Shown: one piece after another, positions 41,951-57,013 of the stretch
Layout: every line of letters starts with the position of its first letter
How positions within the stretch are numbered: position 1 is the first letter of the stretch
From: Eledone cirrhosa
Taxonomy: Eukaryota
Length of the DNA stretch: 64,000 bases
Reading direction: 5' to 3'
Assembly (NCBI GenBank): GCA_964016885.1
Contig: OZ024741.1
Coordinates: 184,822,001-184,886,000, forward strand
Program-made: the position numbers and the translations under genes
Notes under the pieces: model-generated
The model's database searches: none
What the model was told of the DNA's origin: nothing
The model's input: only the letters and a program-made list of their open reading frames with translations

Positions 41951-42420
41951 ATAAACAAGTCTCTTATCAACTGTGTACCTAAAATGTTACAACAGATTAT
42001 AAAACTTTAAAATGTTTATTTTCTATTCATTTATGATAGAATTAATGTTAGACTGAAGGGTCCTGTTTAGGTATATAAACATATTATTTGTTAACTTGTT
42101 CTCTTGATGAATATACACACCTTTGGAATATTTTAGATAAATAAAATTTAGATTGGGATCCTTATATATTTGTTTTTGTTTTAACTATATAATTTGGATA
42201 TATAACTTGTAAGATTACCTGTTATAATTGAACCGTAAATCATTCATGTATTTATATATTTTACTCATTTTGAGTATGTTTTGGGATTCAGAAAGTTAGA
42301 TTTGTACATATATATTTTTTTATATATATTTAGGTATAAATGTCACAAATCATACTAGTCGACACATATTAGTCTTTCTTTCCACTGAACTGGATGTAAA
42401 ACTACAATTATAACATTACT

Positions 42421-42611
42421 AATAATTGTTTCTACGTTAGGCACAAGGCCAGCAATTACCCAGTGCACTACTGGTACTTTATTTTATCGACCCCGTAAGG
42501 ATGAAAGGCAAAGTTAACCTTGGCGGGATTTTAACTCAGAATGGCAAGGGCCGTAACTCTATACGTCAAAGCATGGCGTCTGACCCTCTACCAATACTGC
42601 CAATCCACCGC
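42421..42611 (-). mobile_element. tRNA-derived SINE
   Basis: Full length. Confidence 0.9.
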
Positions 42612-44205
42612 AATGATTGTAATTATTTATTTATTATATGTATATCGTTTCACTAATACCTATAATACTCTCTCTATATATTTGAACAAATTTGTTTATC
42701 TAGTATAATAACATGCTCCTGGTTACATTTATAAGTAATTTGGATACTCAAATGACTCTCTATTGTTACAATTGTTAGATATTTCCTTAATGTTCTAAAT
42801 TATATAACGATTATTACTTAATTTAATTTAATTTAATTTATTTTAATTAAATTCGGGTTACCTTCGGGTCATTCAAATCCTTAGCTCCTCTTTCTATCAT
42901 CTTCGTAGACACTTTAGAAGGGTTGTTAGTCTACTATATAAATAAATAAAAAAACTCTCTTGCATTTTAAACTATATTTTTTTTTTATTGGGCACTTTTA
43001 TGATCGTAAACAATTTATTATTTTTACTTTTTTCACTTTTTATTTTGAATCTAATCCTTATCCTTAGGACTCATGAAGTTTTGTCTTGTATATTTATAGT
43101 ATATATCTATTAACTGATCCTATTACAATAATTGATCTAAAACATTAATTTTAACAATATTTTCAGTAACTTATTTACTATATTGTATTATGTTATGTCT
43201 AATTGAGAGGTATCATTTTAAGTCTTTGGACAATATAATCTTTGTGTATTTTTTTGATAAACGCATATATATAATTTAATGATCAAGCTTTTTTTAAGTT
43301 TAATTATAAGGCCTGTTGATCCTTTAGGCATTCAAATTGTTAATCTTAAAATTCTTTAAAATTTATAGCTGTAATTATTTTCTAAATTATATAATATAAA
43401 CTATTTTCAATATAATATAAATAATTTAATATTATATAATACATTTTGTAAAGTTTACCTTCGTGAGGTTGTAAAAACATTGTTTTCTTTCTCGTGTTTG
43501 TAAATCCTTTAAATTTGATTTCATAAAATTTGATTTTATGAATTAAATATGATAGTATACTTATTAACTTTTATAACCTAAAATAGTATACTTATTAACT
43601 TTTATAACCTAAAATATTATTCATTACTCTGAACTAACTTAAATTAAATGTTTTGAATGTTAACGGTCAACCAGATATGTTTGGATATATATTGTATATA
43701 TAGATAATTGTCTAAAGACTTCGTATTGACCTTCATATGTATACACCCAATTTTATTTAAAATTCCGATTGATGAATATTTTTAGATATTTCGATAATTC
43801 AATGAATTGAATTTTTTCGTTTTCCTAAAGCTAAGCCCAAATGTTGTTCTAATTTAATATCTCCCTATATTATTACATTATAAAAGTTCTTCCTCTTTAT
43901 CTCTCTCTCTGTAATCAACTGTAATCAACTCTCTTTTGTTTTCTAGGCTCCTACTAGCTATATTATCCCCTCATCTGTTTCTTCCTCTATGCCTTTCTTT
44001 TCTTTCCTCTTTCTTCAGTAATTTAAATTATTTGAATCTTTAACAGTTATATTGCTTCCGTGTATTCTTTTAAGTTTTCTCACACATGGTTTTTTTCATG
44101 TTTTCAATATTAAGGTATATAAATATTGAGTTTTGTCATATATTACTCACTACCATGACTGAATCTTAACCATCTACTATGTCAGGGTATGTCATGCATC
44201 ATCTT

Positions 44206-44270
44206 ATTTTATCTGATGAGGACGTACTGTTGAAGTTAACTCAGTACCTCTGAAATATGTATAATAAAAT
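44206..44270 (+). ncRNA. Type I HHR at the end of a CT-rich PLE-like 3' UTR
   Basis: AUUUUAU-CUGAUGA-GGAcGUACUG..CAGUACcUCU-GAAAU-AUGU-AUA^AUAAAAU. Confidence 0.7.
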
Positions 44271-44429
44271 ATACTTAATCACAAGAATATCTATTTTGTT
44301 AATATTTTGAATTAATATATTCACACTATATATATACATATATAGATCGCGTCATACTGACGTAATGCAGACAGTCAGGCATACAGACAGATACTATAAG
44401 GGCGCGACGTTATATCTATGTATCTATCT

Positions 44430-44640
44430 AAAAAGAGAAAGACTAAGAATTATAGAGATAGATCGCTGAATCGCCTAATGCAGTCCCCAGGGCATTGAAC
44501 ATTTGAAATTTGTTGTGCTCAAAACACTCACGGAACCGTATGTATTACATGTGTAAAGTTTGAAAAAACTCGTCTGGGTGGTTCTCGAGTTTTAGTGATT
44601 GGACAGACAGACAGACATTCTCTGTTTTAGTAATATAGAT
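44430..44640 (-). mobile_element. Helitron-like non-autonomous 5' fragment
   Basis: Minus start a|TCtatattactaaaacagag followed by (tgtc)n, typical of invertebrate Helitron-derived elements. Confidence 0.5.
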
Positions 44641-46279
44641 TACACAGAACTACCCATTGACAGCATTATCTAATATGTGCTTTTATTTTTAATAAGAATG
44701 TATTTGAAATAGATTGGGAGAAATGCTAGAACGTTCAGAAAATTGCTTTGTGGTATTTATACGGCTTCTTACGTTTCGAATCGAAATTCCACCGAATTAT
44801 CTTCATCTCAATCCATGAAGAACTGATAAAATATAATATTTATCAAGGATAGGGAAATTTTAGAATTCTAGTGTCAGACATTGTTGCATGTGTTACACAT
44901 CTGTTCCCTTTTCCAGTGCCCAGGCATGTGTTCTGAAAAGCTTGTGTCTTGTAAGGAACATCCGAAGGAAGGCAAATAGATATCCCCATTGTAAAATCCT
45001 CACAAAAATTCTTGTAAAAGAAAAAACAAAGTCACCAATAATTGATCATTAACTTGAAATTATAGAGGAGAAATATATGATATTAGAGATATTTTAGTTC
45101 ATCAAGCGTACACGTAGCGGCTACCTATTGTTCACGATTAAACGTACAAATCCATTACAACCGGTTTATGGGAGGTTCAGATATTGTGCATTAATAATGA
45201 TTGAACGTACAAATCCGTTGCAACAATCATTTTTGGTTCAGATAATGTGTATATCAGACTATATTTTATCACCTGTTCTTTCATGTAAAAAAAAAGGGTG
45301 AAATTAGTCATATTTGGTTATTATAACCAGCAAGTGGAGATGGTCTATTCGTATTGTTTATTTTGTTTTATTATTCCTTAGGCCCTAGTTAGCTTCGACG
45401 AAGCAAACAGAAGCTAGGATGAACAGACATACATCAGGTTTATGTTATGTAAGAGCAGTAACCATAGCCACCCACATTCAAAACGCTGCAATTTTTTTCA
45501 TTTCTAGTTATAGATATGTACTTGTATTTACATACAACATATCAATCATTTTATATGTAAATATAAACATGTCATTGCTGTTGATATTATACAGTGATAC
45601 TTGTATCTCATGAAAAGTTCAAACAACAAACACTCATATAAATTTAAGAGAACAGAATGCACCTATTCTTACCAACCACCGACATTGAATATGTATATAT
45701 GAATGCATAAATTGTGTATTAATAAAGATTCAAAGATGCTGCCATACAATTTATTTGTTTGTTATATTTTTGTCAGCACTCGTTTGGAGATAGAAGCAGA
45801 GAGTTGATTTGAAATTAAAATCTCGAGAGATCTAAGTAAAGTAAAGCGGTTTGTATTTAGACGTATATTCGAATGCGCGTGACATTAAAGCGACTTGAAC
45901 TCGAACCTAAGACGAACATTGTTAAACTTCTGCGCCAGAGAGTAGGTTCTATGCCAGAATAACAATTTTTCTCAAATTGCACTCTACCAAAAAAAAAAGT
46001 GTATTTCACAGAATATATTTCGAAGTTGCTACAGCTGAATAAAAGGTGAAATCGTCATGTTTTGAATGATTTTGATGCTAGAAATAACAACCGCATTTTT
46101 GTCAAATTGATCCTCACCATAGTAATTTAAAAGAAATTATATATTCGATGTACGCACTTGCTACTGATTGACAGATCGTTGAAATTCTCTTGCCTGGAAA
46201 ACCTTCGAAAAAAGGTATCTTCAATTAGAGCTAATGCAAGCGGAAAAAGGTGGACTTGTATGCAGAGGAGAGAATTTGG

Positions 46280-46435
46280 TATGGCTGGCAGCGCCTCAGA
46301 CAGGCTCACGCGCCAGCTCAACCAGCACCGCCTTGCTTGTTTTCGTGCGGCCTCCAAACCCCACAGTGGTGCCTGGCTCCATGCCCTGCCCTCCTTCTCC
46401 ACTGGCACGCAGCTAGACAACCATAACCTGCGAAG
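46280..46435 (+). mobile_element. CRE-clade LINE internal fragment
   Basis: RLACFRAASKPHSGAWLHALPSFSTGTQLDNHNLR, the conserved block before the CRE zinc knuckle. Confidence 0.75.
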
Positions 46436-46904
46436 AGGAGAGAATTATATATTGAAACCCATTACCTGATCTGAATAATTGCTACAAAGATGTTTCCCCC
46501 ATCAAGGGCAATTCACTAGTGTTAGTCCAGGAACGGTTGAAGGCTATAATAACGTCGATTGTATAGCTCTGTTGAATGCACATATCTCATGGTTTCACTT
46601 GTTTTCGTACATTTGTTGGCATTTTATCGTTTGTTTTCCGTGCTAATGTGACAATCACGACTTTTTTCCATGCGTAGTGTATCAAGGAATGCTGTTGGAT
46701 AAATCTTAATAAATTCAAATTTCAACTATATTTTTTCCACCTTTCTTGGCGATAATTTATCATTAAGCTAATAAGTTTTCTTCATTAAAAATATAATTTT
46801 AATTGATTGTTTTTCTTATTATGTTAGTATGATGCATCTACTAACCCACGTTAAAAACATGCTTCGTTTGTCTGTAAGACATTAAGTTTATGTTTGAGGG
46901 AAAC

Positions 46905-47640
46905 TTGCTGACCTGCTCAATATCACACAGTTTAAAGCAAGGCACGCACTCCTGGTGCAAAATATGCTGTTTGATGATGATAGTGCGCTGGTTTTCCACA
47001 GTGCGGAAGATATACAGAAACTGGTAGATAAATTTGTCAGAACTGCATCACATTTTGAAAAAATAGAATGCCTGAACCAACCTACAGAGGACTCAACTTA
47101 CCCCATAACAGAGGAAAACATCACAATTAGACATAAAGTCTAGTCAAGTGCAAATTATTCAAATACGTAGGCAGCACCGTCTTCGATAATGTACGACTGG
47201 ACCAAGAAATCACATACAGAATTAACATAGATAGCGCTGCATTTAGGAGACAGCAGAACAGACTGTGGGAACATGGGTATGTTACTATACTGTTCAACTG
47301 TAAGGTTTACCAGACGATAGTACATTCTTCCCTACTGCATGTGTCTGAAACCTGGAGAATGTATAAAGTTCAAGTAGACAAGTTACAAACATATATGATG
47401 AGATAACTACGGCATATTATGTATGATAAGATGAAGGAAGAGATCCACCGGCGTGCTGGTCCGCTTCTTATAATGGACATTTTCAACGCTAGAAATTTAC
47501 GAGTGTTTAGACACGTACAGAGGAGGAACAATATGCACGGTGTAAAGAACTATGCATTGGGTAAACAAATATGAACGGAGTAAAGAACCCAAAGAAGAAT
47601 GTGACTGAGATTCATAGATACTGAAAATATGAAATGAAGT
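46905..47640 (+). mobile_element. RTE-clade LINE RT fragment, decayed
   Basis: MLFDDDSALVFHSAEDIQKLVDKF..FKYVGSTV..LDQEITYRI..SAAF..VYQTIV.SSLLHVSETW. Confidence 0.85.
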
Positions 47641-47871
47641 AGAAAGAATTGTTAATAACAAATGTTAATAACAAGCAAAACACAGATCAGTATGGAAAAA
47701 AAACTGATTAAGACATGCCGAAGTCATGAACAAACATAGTCGCGTCTACTGGCTGCTTGAAGACATAACCTTCTTGATCGATTGTTTATTTTTGGTAACT
47801 TGGTGTTTCAACAAATTATTTGAAAGATCAACGAAAGAAGGAATTGCACGCGTATCCATGTGCCGAAATAA

Positions 47872-48537
47872 GGAACAAAATGGCGACGATGATTGCCGAA
47901 CACTGTACGGCGTAATTCGGGTTGTTTGTTTACAAACAAACCGAACATTATAATAAATGTTCGGTAAACACATACGTACATATATATATGTGTGCATGTA
48001 TGTATATATATACATACTACTGTACGTCTGTATACATATATGTTTGTACGTATACACACTTACATTTACGTATCAGCCGTACTAAGAGTGAGAAATTTAA
48101 TTTCGTTTCATTCTTTTCCATTTATCGTTTTCGGTACGCCTGGCCGACTAACTCACTCGATATGCAGATTAGACTGCTCAGCCGTTAATATGCATAAGGA
48201 AAGAACGTTCAATCATCTGACAGAAAGGTATACGAAGCTGACGATAGCTAATAAGCTTTAAACTAGTACATCGTTCCTGTGTCAGAGTTGAACAAAATGG
48301 CGACGATGGTTGCCGAACATTGTACGGCGTAATTCGGGCTGTTTGTTTACAAACAAACCGAACATTATAATAAATGTTCTGTAAACCCATTCGTACATAT
48401 ATATATATATATATGCATGTTTGTATATACATACTACTGTACATCTGTATACATATATGTATGTACGTATGCATACTTACATTTATGTATCAGCCGTACT
48501 AAGAGTGAGAAATGAAATTTCGTTTCATTCTTTTCCA
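47872..48537 (+). mobile_element. Diverged retrozyme-family insertion, about 1.6 units of 417 bp
   Basis: Direct repeat (tggcgacgatg at 47881 and 48298). 48070-48205 aligns with the reverse complement of the 465-bp unit (gtgag..gaaatttaatttcgtttc..tttatcgt..actcac..tatgca.att.g.ctgc.ca). Confidence 0.75.
48217..48285 (+). ncRNA. Degenerate type I hammerhead (G12 mutated) of the retrozyme family
   Basis: ctgaca..agg..cgaag-CUGACGA-uAGCU(aaua)AGCUu-uAAAC-UA-GUA^caucg..ccu..ugucag; same ACUAGU stem III palindrome. Confidence 0.65.
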
Positions 48538-48545
48538 ATATATAA

Positions 48546-48580
<35 letters not shown>

Positions 48581-48588
48581 TTTATATA

Positions 48589-48641
<53 letters not shown>

Positions 48642-49034
48642 ATATATATATATATATATATTTACACACACGCGCACACATATATATATATCTATTAGTT
48701 TGGGTGAGTGTGAGTTTGCACATAAATAAGCTCTGACATCATGTAATACTTTATATTTTTAAAAGATGATACATTTAGCAAGCCATTAATGTAGCATCTC
48801 TCATTTATTTTTAATAAACAATATATCACCGTTCATTAGGCATTTTTCTATGTTGTTTTTACTGTTTATACTATTCTATTTTATCATTGGTATTTATGGA
48901 TTTCTGAGAGAAAATATTAAGAAATATTTACATTGCTATCAATGAAAATGGAAAAAAACCTGTGTGTTTTTTGCGAAATATCTTTCGAAAGGAAAATAAT
49001 GTAGTAAAAAAATATCCCCCCCCCCCACACACAC

Positions 49035-49069
<35 letters not shown>

Positions 49070-49087
49070 TGTATATATATATATACT

Positions 49088-49134
<47 letters not shown>

Positions 49135-49345
49135 CTTCGAGGCGTGAGCCTAATATAACAGTGTATTTTTGCATTCTTGTGTTTGTTTTGCTTCCTTTAT
49201 TAACTATAAATATATACCATGTTTTTCGGTGTATGAGCCGTTCTTTTTTACTCCTAATTACAAACACTAAAGTCTGTTTACCTTTGTGTGGTTATATATA
49301 TATATTTATATATATATGTGTGTGTGTGTGCGTGTGTGCGCGCGC

Positions 49346-49412
<67 letters not shown>

Positions 49413-49555
49413 TGTGTGTGTGTATACAAAGGAAACCCCTCTAATCTCGGAAAACTCATTTCTATATAAAATAAAGATCTTATTGAGCACTTCATTTGAT
49501 TGTGGTCACCTTCCAATATCCATAGGGAATCCACCCTATACACACAGACACACAG

Positions 49556-49596
<41 letters not shown>

Positions 49597-50176
49597 ATTA
49601 TGGATTGAGAGGAGGGGCTGTATGCTTACTGATAACGAGTGTTACAAGGTAAGGAGACACAAACAAGAGATGCACAGTCTCCCTTTGTCAGTAGTTTACT
49701 ACGGGTCACGGAGGGTTTACCGCATTATAAACTATACATCTATCCGTAGCGCGCCCATAGCCTTTTATCAATCAAAAGCCATGAAAGAGAGAAAGAAAAG
49801 AAGAAAAAGAGAAGAAAAATGGAAGAAAAAAGGAAAAAAAGAAGTAAACAAACCGATGGAAGCGGGAACACGGGACAATGGTACATGTAAGCAAGTAATC
49901 GAGAGAATGGAAATCAAGTTTTAAAAAGCCGTTGGCTTTAAGCCCAGGGCCATAATAACGGGGCTAGGTAATCCACGTCTGTTCTCAGTGAAAGCGGCCC
50001 AGAGAGAGAGGGAGAGAGAGAAAGACGGAGGAACCGGAAGTGAGAGGGAGTAGAAGGCAGAGGGTTACAGAGAGAGAGAGGGAGGAGGAGGGAAAGGGAG
50101 TTAATTTAAACGAGTGTACGACGCACGTGGACTAACAAACAATCGAGATCGATAGAGAATATATATACAAACACAC

Positions 50177-50225
<49 letters not shown>

Positions 50226-50232
50226 ACACACC

Positions 50233-50302
<70 letters not shown>

Positions 50303-50778
50303 GCACAAGTAAAAAATCTTTATACAAAACTCAAATGTATATAGAGAATTATATATGACAGTATAGATTTGCAAAGTAGTTTCAGAATTAGCACACTGTG
50401 TTTATATATTGTTGGTCTGAAGAAAGGGTAGATTATTTAGGGAAAAGAGTTTGAAAGGCAGACATTGACACAGAGCAAATATAATGATTTTTCATTCCTT
50501 ACACATGTTTCAAGTAAGTTGTACAACAAATTATTCGAAAGATGTTAGCTAAAAATTCGTATAACCAAGATCTATACTTACAAAATTATGTAATCATCCA
50601 TCCACGAAGTGTTCAACAAACGAATTAAGTTGAAGCGGAATGTATCCGAAACTCAATTCATACTTTACACCGGATGCGGGACATCTCAAGTCTACCTGTT
50701 GATATAGGGATTGACTAAAAATTTATATGAAAAATAACGCTGGGTATATTTATATATATGAATTTGTATATTAAAAGT

Positions 50779-50920
50779 CGGCGAATTGGCAGAATCGTTA
50801 AGACGTCGGACAGAATGCTTTATGGTATTCGTCCAACCCCATTGCGCGCTCTGTGTCCAAATCCTGCCGTGATTAAATTTGCCTTTCATTCTTTCGAGAT
50901 CGATAAAAAAAGTACCAGTC
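50779..50920 (+). mobile_element. Older SINE copy
   Basis: ggcgaattggcagaatcgtta..tttgcctttcat..gtaccagt. Confidence 0.75.
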
Positions 50921-51313
50921 CACTACTGAGGCCGTTTCTTCCTCGATAGAGAGGTTTAAAAGTGCCCTAGACACGCCTTATGACGGTCTCCTTTACGAAA
51001 CCACACGGAGTTATGGGACCTTTATCCTTTATCTTTATATGTATATTAACAAAACTGCGCACAGTTTGATATATATGATAGAAAGAAATTTCGATGTGAA
51101 AGAACTCATGCAGCGTCTCTATTGTTTTTACTACCTGTTTTAACTGTATTGTCTTTTCCTTACCCCAGTAATAATGATCGTTTTAATTCAAGCCAAAAAA
51201 TTATAATCTATTGATCAAATGTAAGAACTCATAATTTACAATGTAAAAACAAAATTCCAGAATTTCTCAATTTTCAGAGCATAGTCAATATCGCGTCCAC
51301 TTCTATTTATTGG

Positions 51314-51481
51314 GTTAGAGGGTCGGACGCCACGCTTTCCAGCATAGTTACGTCCCTTTACGATCTGAGTTCAAATCCCGCCGAGGTTGACCTTGCCTTT
51401 CATCCTTACAGGGTCGATAAAATAAAGTACCAGTAATGCACTGGGTAATTGCTGGCTTTGTGCCTAAAGTAGAAACAATTA
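51314..51481 (+). mobile_element. tRNA-derived SINE, 5'-truncated
   Basis: Same family. Confidence 0.88.
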
Positions 51482-51521
51482 TGTAAGTGAAACATGGTAG
51501 ATGGAGATTGTGCGAAGTCTG

Positions 51522-51557
<36 letters not shown>

Positions 51558-51685
51558 TTAGTTATACTATTTATGGTTATGTAAATACAAAACCTTAAGC
51601 AGTTGTAAGTATTTTACACACACCCTAAATAGTGGTAGGCAGTATTGTATTACTACCTTATTACCAGTAAGTTAAGTAGCTCAAT

Positions 51686-51716
<31 letters not shown>

Positions 51717-52254
51717 TTGTGTGTGTCACGTATCATGACATGAGAGAGAAAGATACAACCGGTTGTTTCTTGTTTTAGTTAACATATGAGCGACAAAAGA
51801 ATAACACGTGTAGGACAGAAATTCAACATAGCATATAGCAACATGTGAAAAATATATACACCCAACACAATTCAAAATGAAACTTTTGAAAAGACAAAAA
51901 CTATTCAAATGATCAAAACCATTTCTGAAAATCTTCCTACATCTTCAAAGTGATTATAACATAGTTTTTGTTGTGAAATTCTTTCTTTATCGAAGAGTAT
52001 TATAAACATTAGGTGCATCTTCAAATCTTAGTTATCATATTCTCTACATAATTGTTTGTACTTTTGGCACAAGGCCAGAAAATCAACCAGTGCATTACTG
52101 GTACTCTACATAATGGGGTTTGTACAGAAAACCGTAGTCATTTTCCGTATTGAATTGTTTAATATTGAATATATTTAACACGTTAAATTGAAACTTTGAG
52201 TCAACAATATATATATATTGCTAACTCAAAGTTTCAATTTAACACAAAGCCTAA

Positions 52255-52720
<466 letters not shown>

Positions 52721-52726
52721 ATTCAT

Positions 52727-52790
<64 letters not shown>

Positions 52791-53633
52791 CGTGTGTATG
52801 TGTGTGTGTGTGTTAACGAATAAATATTTGTATATTTGGTTTCATTCTACCCAAAGCTTTCATCTTAAATGGTATACAGTCTATTACGGGCATACACACA
52901 CACACACAGAGACTCACACACACACATACACACACACACACATGCACACATACACACACACTCACACACACACACACACATGCACACATACACACGCATA
53001 TGCACACTCATCCACTTGCACATATATGCATACACGCAAACATACATACATACATACATACATGCACATACACATATACGCACATATGTAAAATATATAC
53101 AGTATACAGGCAAACACACATTCAACCACACTCACCCATACAAACCTTTTCTATTTCCATTCACTGGAAAACTAAAACGTCCTGTCTCCGACGACAGTTC
53201 GTGGTAGTCGTCAGGATTGTTTAATGTAACGATATATCAACATGATCGATTGTTGGTGTCTTCTATGGTTATATCAGATAAGATGTGACACTATTAATAC
53301 ACTCATTGGGACGAAAGCCAAAAGCCAAAACGCCAAATCCATAGTTAGGGAAAGAGGAATGAGAGGAAAGAAAAAAAAAACAAGATTAATGGAAAATATC
53401 TACAATAACAACAACACGAAGAAACATAACAACAAATAGAACAGAATTCACCAACAAAATAACAATAATAATAAATGCTAGTTTTGTCCCCATCTGTTGT
53501 TGTATGAGTTAGAGATGGGTTTGTACGAAATTCCTTACAACAATTCTTAATGACGCAAGGGAGCTGATACGTTGATCGAAATATTTTTTCTTTATTTACT
53601 TAACACGCTCAGACCCCCCCCCCCACACACACA

Positions 53634-53709
<76 letters not shown>

Positions 53710-53791
53710 ATATTATTCACATACACACACGCATTATATATATTTACATATATATTTATATATATTTATATATATATATATATATATATAT

Positions 53792-54090
<299 letters not shown>

Positions 54091-54403
54091 GTTAATTTAT
54101 TAACTTACCATCGAACCACACGGGCATACGGTTGGAAAATACAAGTATCCCTGTGTGTATTATTTACACATAGGAATACATACTTTTATTACTATTCTCC
54201 CCTACGGTAGAGAAATCTTTGGTCATTTGAACGGCCGCTATCTTTAGTAGCAGTACATTGACCTGTCCACCTCGCCTTTGCTTTTGCACACGGTACCAGG
54301 CAGAATTGTTTCATCTCTCATTCACCCTCATTCGGGAACAATTGTGTGTGGCGCCAGTTTGTGATTTGAACTCGAGAATTTTATATTCTTCGAGTGAGAA
54401 AAG

Positions 54404-54483
54404 CCTTCTGACGACGATCTCTTTCTCAATGGAAATCCACTTGGGTTATCTGTTTATTTTCGGATCAGAAATCGCGGTAAAGG
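54404..54483 (+). ncRNA. Type I HHR
   Basis: CCUU-CUGACGA-cGAUCU..GGAUCa-GAAAU-CGCG-GUA^AAGG. Confidence 0.62.
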
Positions 54484-54576
54484 GAGATATAGTAAGTAAA
54501 GTGAACATTTTTGAAATTTATTTTAAAACTTTTTCTCTATTTGCTTGACCTTGATTTTATATAATAATACTATATA

Positions 54577-54925
54577 ATAATTGTTTCTACTTTTGGCACA
54601 AGGCCAGCAATTACCCAGTTCATTACTGGTACTTTATTTTATCGACCTGGTAAGGATGAAAGGCAAAGTTAACCTCGACGGGATTTGAACTATATAATAA
54701 TAATACTATATAATAAGTATAATATTCGCTTCTATTTGGGGCTCAAGACCAGAATAATAATACTATATAATAAGTATAATATTCGCTTCTATTTGGGGCT
54801 CAAGACCAGAAATGTGCTTTACTTTGTAGTATTTTATCTTACCGGCCTCGGGAGGATGGAAAACAAAGTTGAACTTGGCAGAATTTGAACTCAGAATGTA
54901 AAGGACCTTAACTAAATACCGCACA
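54577..54925 (-). mobile_element. 5'-truncated SINE (54577-54691) next to an older SINE, with a ~57-bp local duplication
   Basis: SINE body; aataataatactatataataagtataatattcgcttctatttggggctcaagaccagaa occurs twice. Confidence 0.8.
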
Positions 54926-55529
54926 TCATCATCGTCATCATCATTTTCATTGATAAAGTGTACTTTTAAGACAGTTTGTTCAGGGCAGGTACAGTTTTAT
55001 CCCCTGCTTTATCAAGTCCGAGCAAGAATCAAACAACATCTACAACACTAACCAACCAGCCAAACAATCCTAGAATATTAATTACAATCTTTTTAAACAT
55101 GAATGACATATTGCATATTAAGGTTCAAATTATACAATGGATCACTATAATTGGTTATGTTTAGAAGGTCTATCATAGAGCTATTTGTAGCGGGATATCT
55201 GCAACTAAATTACACTAATCAGTTATATGCTAGAAAAGTCAATCGTTTCTTCCTCAAACTGAAAAGAAACATTAAATAATATATACCTAATCATTGATCG
55301 GAGAAAACTGGATGATCTTGTCACGATTCTCCTCAATCAGAGATTACATGGGACGGAATAACAACTAAAAAGTGTCAAATACGAAGTCTATATATTGTTA
55401 ATCAATCTGCTAGAAATAGCAACCATGTCACCATCAAATTAAAGTCAATTCTACGGAGACAAATATTTGCGAAGAAAAAATTCACTTTTCATGGGTATGA
55501 AGCAATGTCTACGCTTTCGCTTGCGTTAC

Positions 55530-55686
55530 CAGCTAGAACGTCGGATAGAATGTTTTACGGTATTTGTTCCTGCTCTCTGCTCTCGGAGTTCAAATCCCAC
55601 CGAGGTCAATTTTGCCTTTCGTCCTTTAGAGTACCAGTAATACCTGGGATAATTGCTGGCCTTGTGCCAAAAGTAGAAACAATTAT
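55530..55686 (+). mobile_element. Diverged SINE copy
   Basis: B box gagttcaaatccc and the family 3' tail. Confidence 0.78.
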
Positions 55687-56643
55687 TTCAAACACGATTC
55701 GTATGACAACTGCAATGGTCATGCTGATCATGAGTAAGAAACCAAAGTTGACATATTAGACGAGCTGTATATATTGCACACCAGATATAATGTACTTTAA
55801 AGATAATAAAAAGAATAAAAGGATCATCTACGTAAAAAGCAACACCTATATATATGGATATTATTTCATATATCCGCAGTGAAAAGAAAAGTATATCTTG
55901 GAAGGCATCAACTTACTTAATCTTAGGCACACTCACCAAAACCAAGGCAGTACTAAGATCATTGGCTATTACAAATGACTACAATTCAACTACTGTATTG
56001 GTTTGACGTGCAAGGATGTCGTTTAGAATGATTCAATACAAAGCAAACTGACTTCAATATGGCTACAATTGTCTTCTAACGCATTATATCACTTGTCGTG
56101 TAATTCAACGTTTGCATTCACTTTTTTCTAGGTATAGGTGACATACCGCGATCAACTGTCATTTTCATACGTTGATTTGTCATATTGCACGGTTTCTAGT
56201 AACACTAGTGGTGACATCAGTATAGATGTCAACCGACCATAAAACATGCTGTACTGAATTACATGTTTCTAGTAGTACTCACTTCCTCCCTCTTATATCT
56301 CTTTTTTCTTAACTGGTTCTACCGTTGAAGGATCTCTGTTGGGTCCGGTGACGATGGTTCAATTTGATTCAATAAACTGAAATACCTGCGCATGGAATTG
56401 CCGTGCAGATGACTGCGATACCATAGAGACGTATCCCTGAAATATCTGCTATTCTCAGCGCGATTCAGCGTCACACAGTGAGTGAAAAGGCAGGAATTTG
56501 AAATTACAGGTACTATTCAATATTGATCGATGTGATATATAGTGTCAACCTCAAAGACACAATACACCACCGTGATCGAGTCCATGACTATAAGATCGGG
56601 ACATTACCTTCTTCTCTGTCTCCCTCCGTTTCTCTTTCTCTCC

Positions 56644-56678
<35 letters not shown>

Positions 56679-56691
56679 TCTCTCACACGCA

Positions 56692-56741
<50 letters not shown>

Positions 56742-56744
56742 GTG

Positions 56745-56861
56745 AAGGCGTGTGGCGGAGTGGTTAGGGAATTGGATTCGCAATCGTAAGGTTGCGAGTT
56801 CGATTCCTGGACCAGGCGATGCGTTATGTCCTTGAGCAAGACACTTTATTTCACGTTGCTC
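56745..56861 (+). mobile_element. Second tRNA-derived SINE family with a CORE/V-like central domain
   Basis: tggcggagtggttagg A box, gagttcgattcc B box, then tgtccttgagcaagacacttt. Confidence 0.8.
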
Positions 56862-56957
56862 CTTCTACCTGGAGTTGCGACCGATAGATAGTACTAGCAA
56901 TTGGAAAGACCAACGGAAACATCGTTCCCTCGGTCCGATTTGACGAAAGTCGATCGT

Positions 56958-56988
<31 letters not shown>

Positions 56989-57013
56989 GTATGTATGTAT
57001 ATATATATATATA

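Larger units (their letters stand above)
39600..42290 (+). mobile_element. Penelope-like retroelement (Naiad-type) with an inverted 5' RT segment; frameshifted
   Basis: RT motifs FIQMDIAS.YSSIT, FDITMGSSDSAQV, GGLYRDD, YPFHKPN..YV..SNHP; thumb FNRHTIKLSYS; CNC..CPL..CL; GIY-YIG VYKC..YIGAT..FKSRFGNH..CNLC..E..LIN..E..CLHK. Confidence 0.92.

Noticed and set aside
42660-43860. AT-rich stretch as a further PLE ORF
   Set aside because: No motif could be read confidently in any frame
56745-56815. tRNA gene
   Set aside because: tRNA-like head continues into a SINE central domain; no proper acceptor stem or terminator
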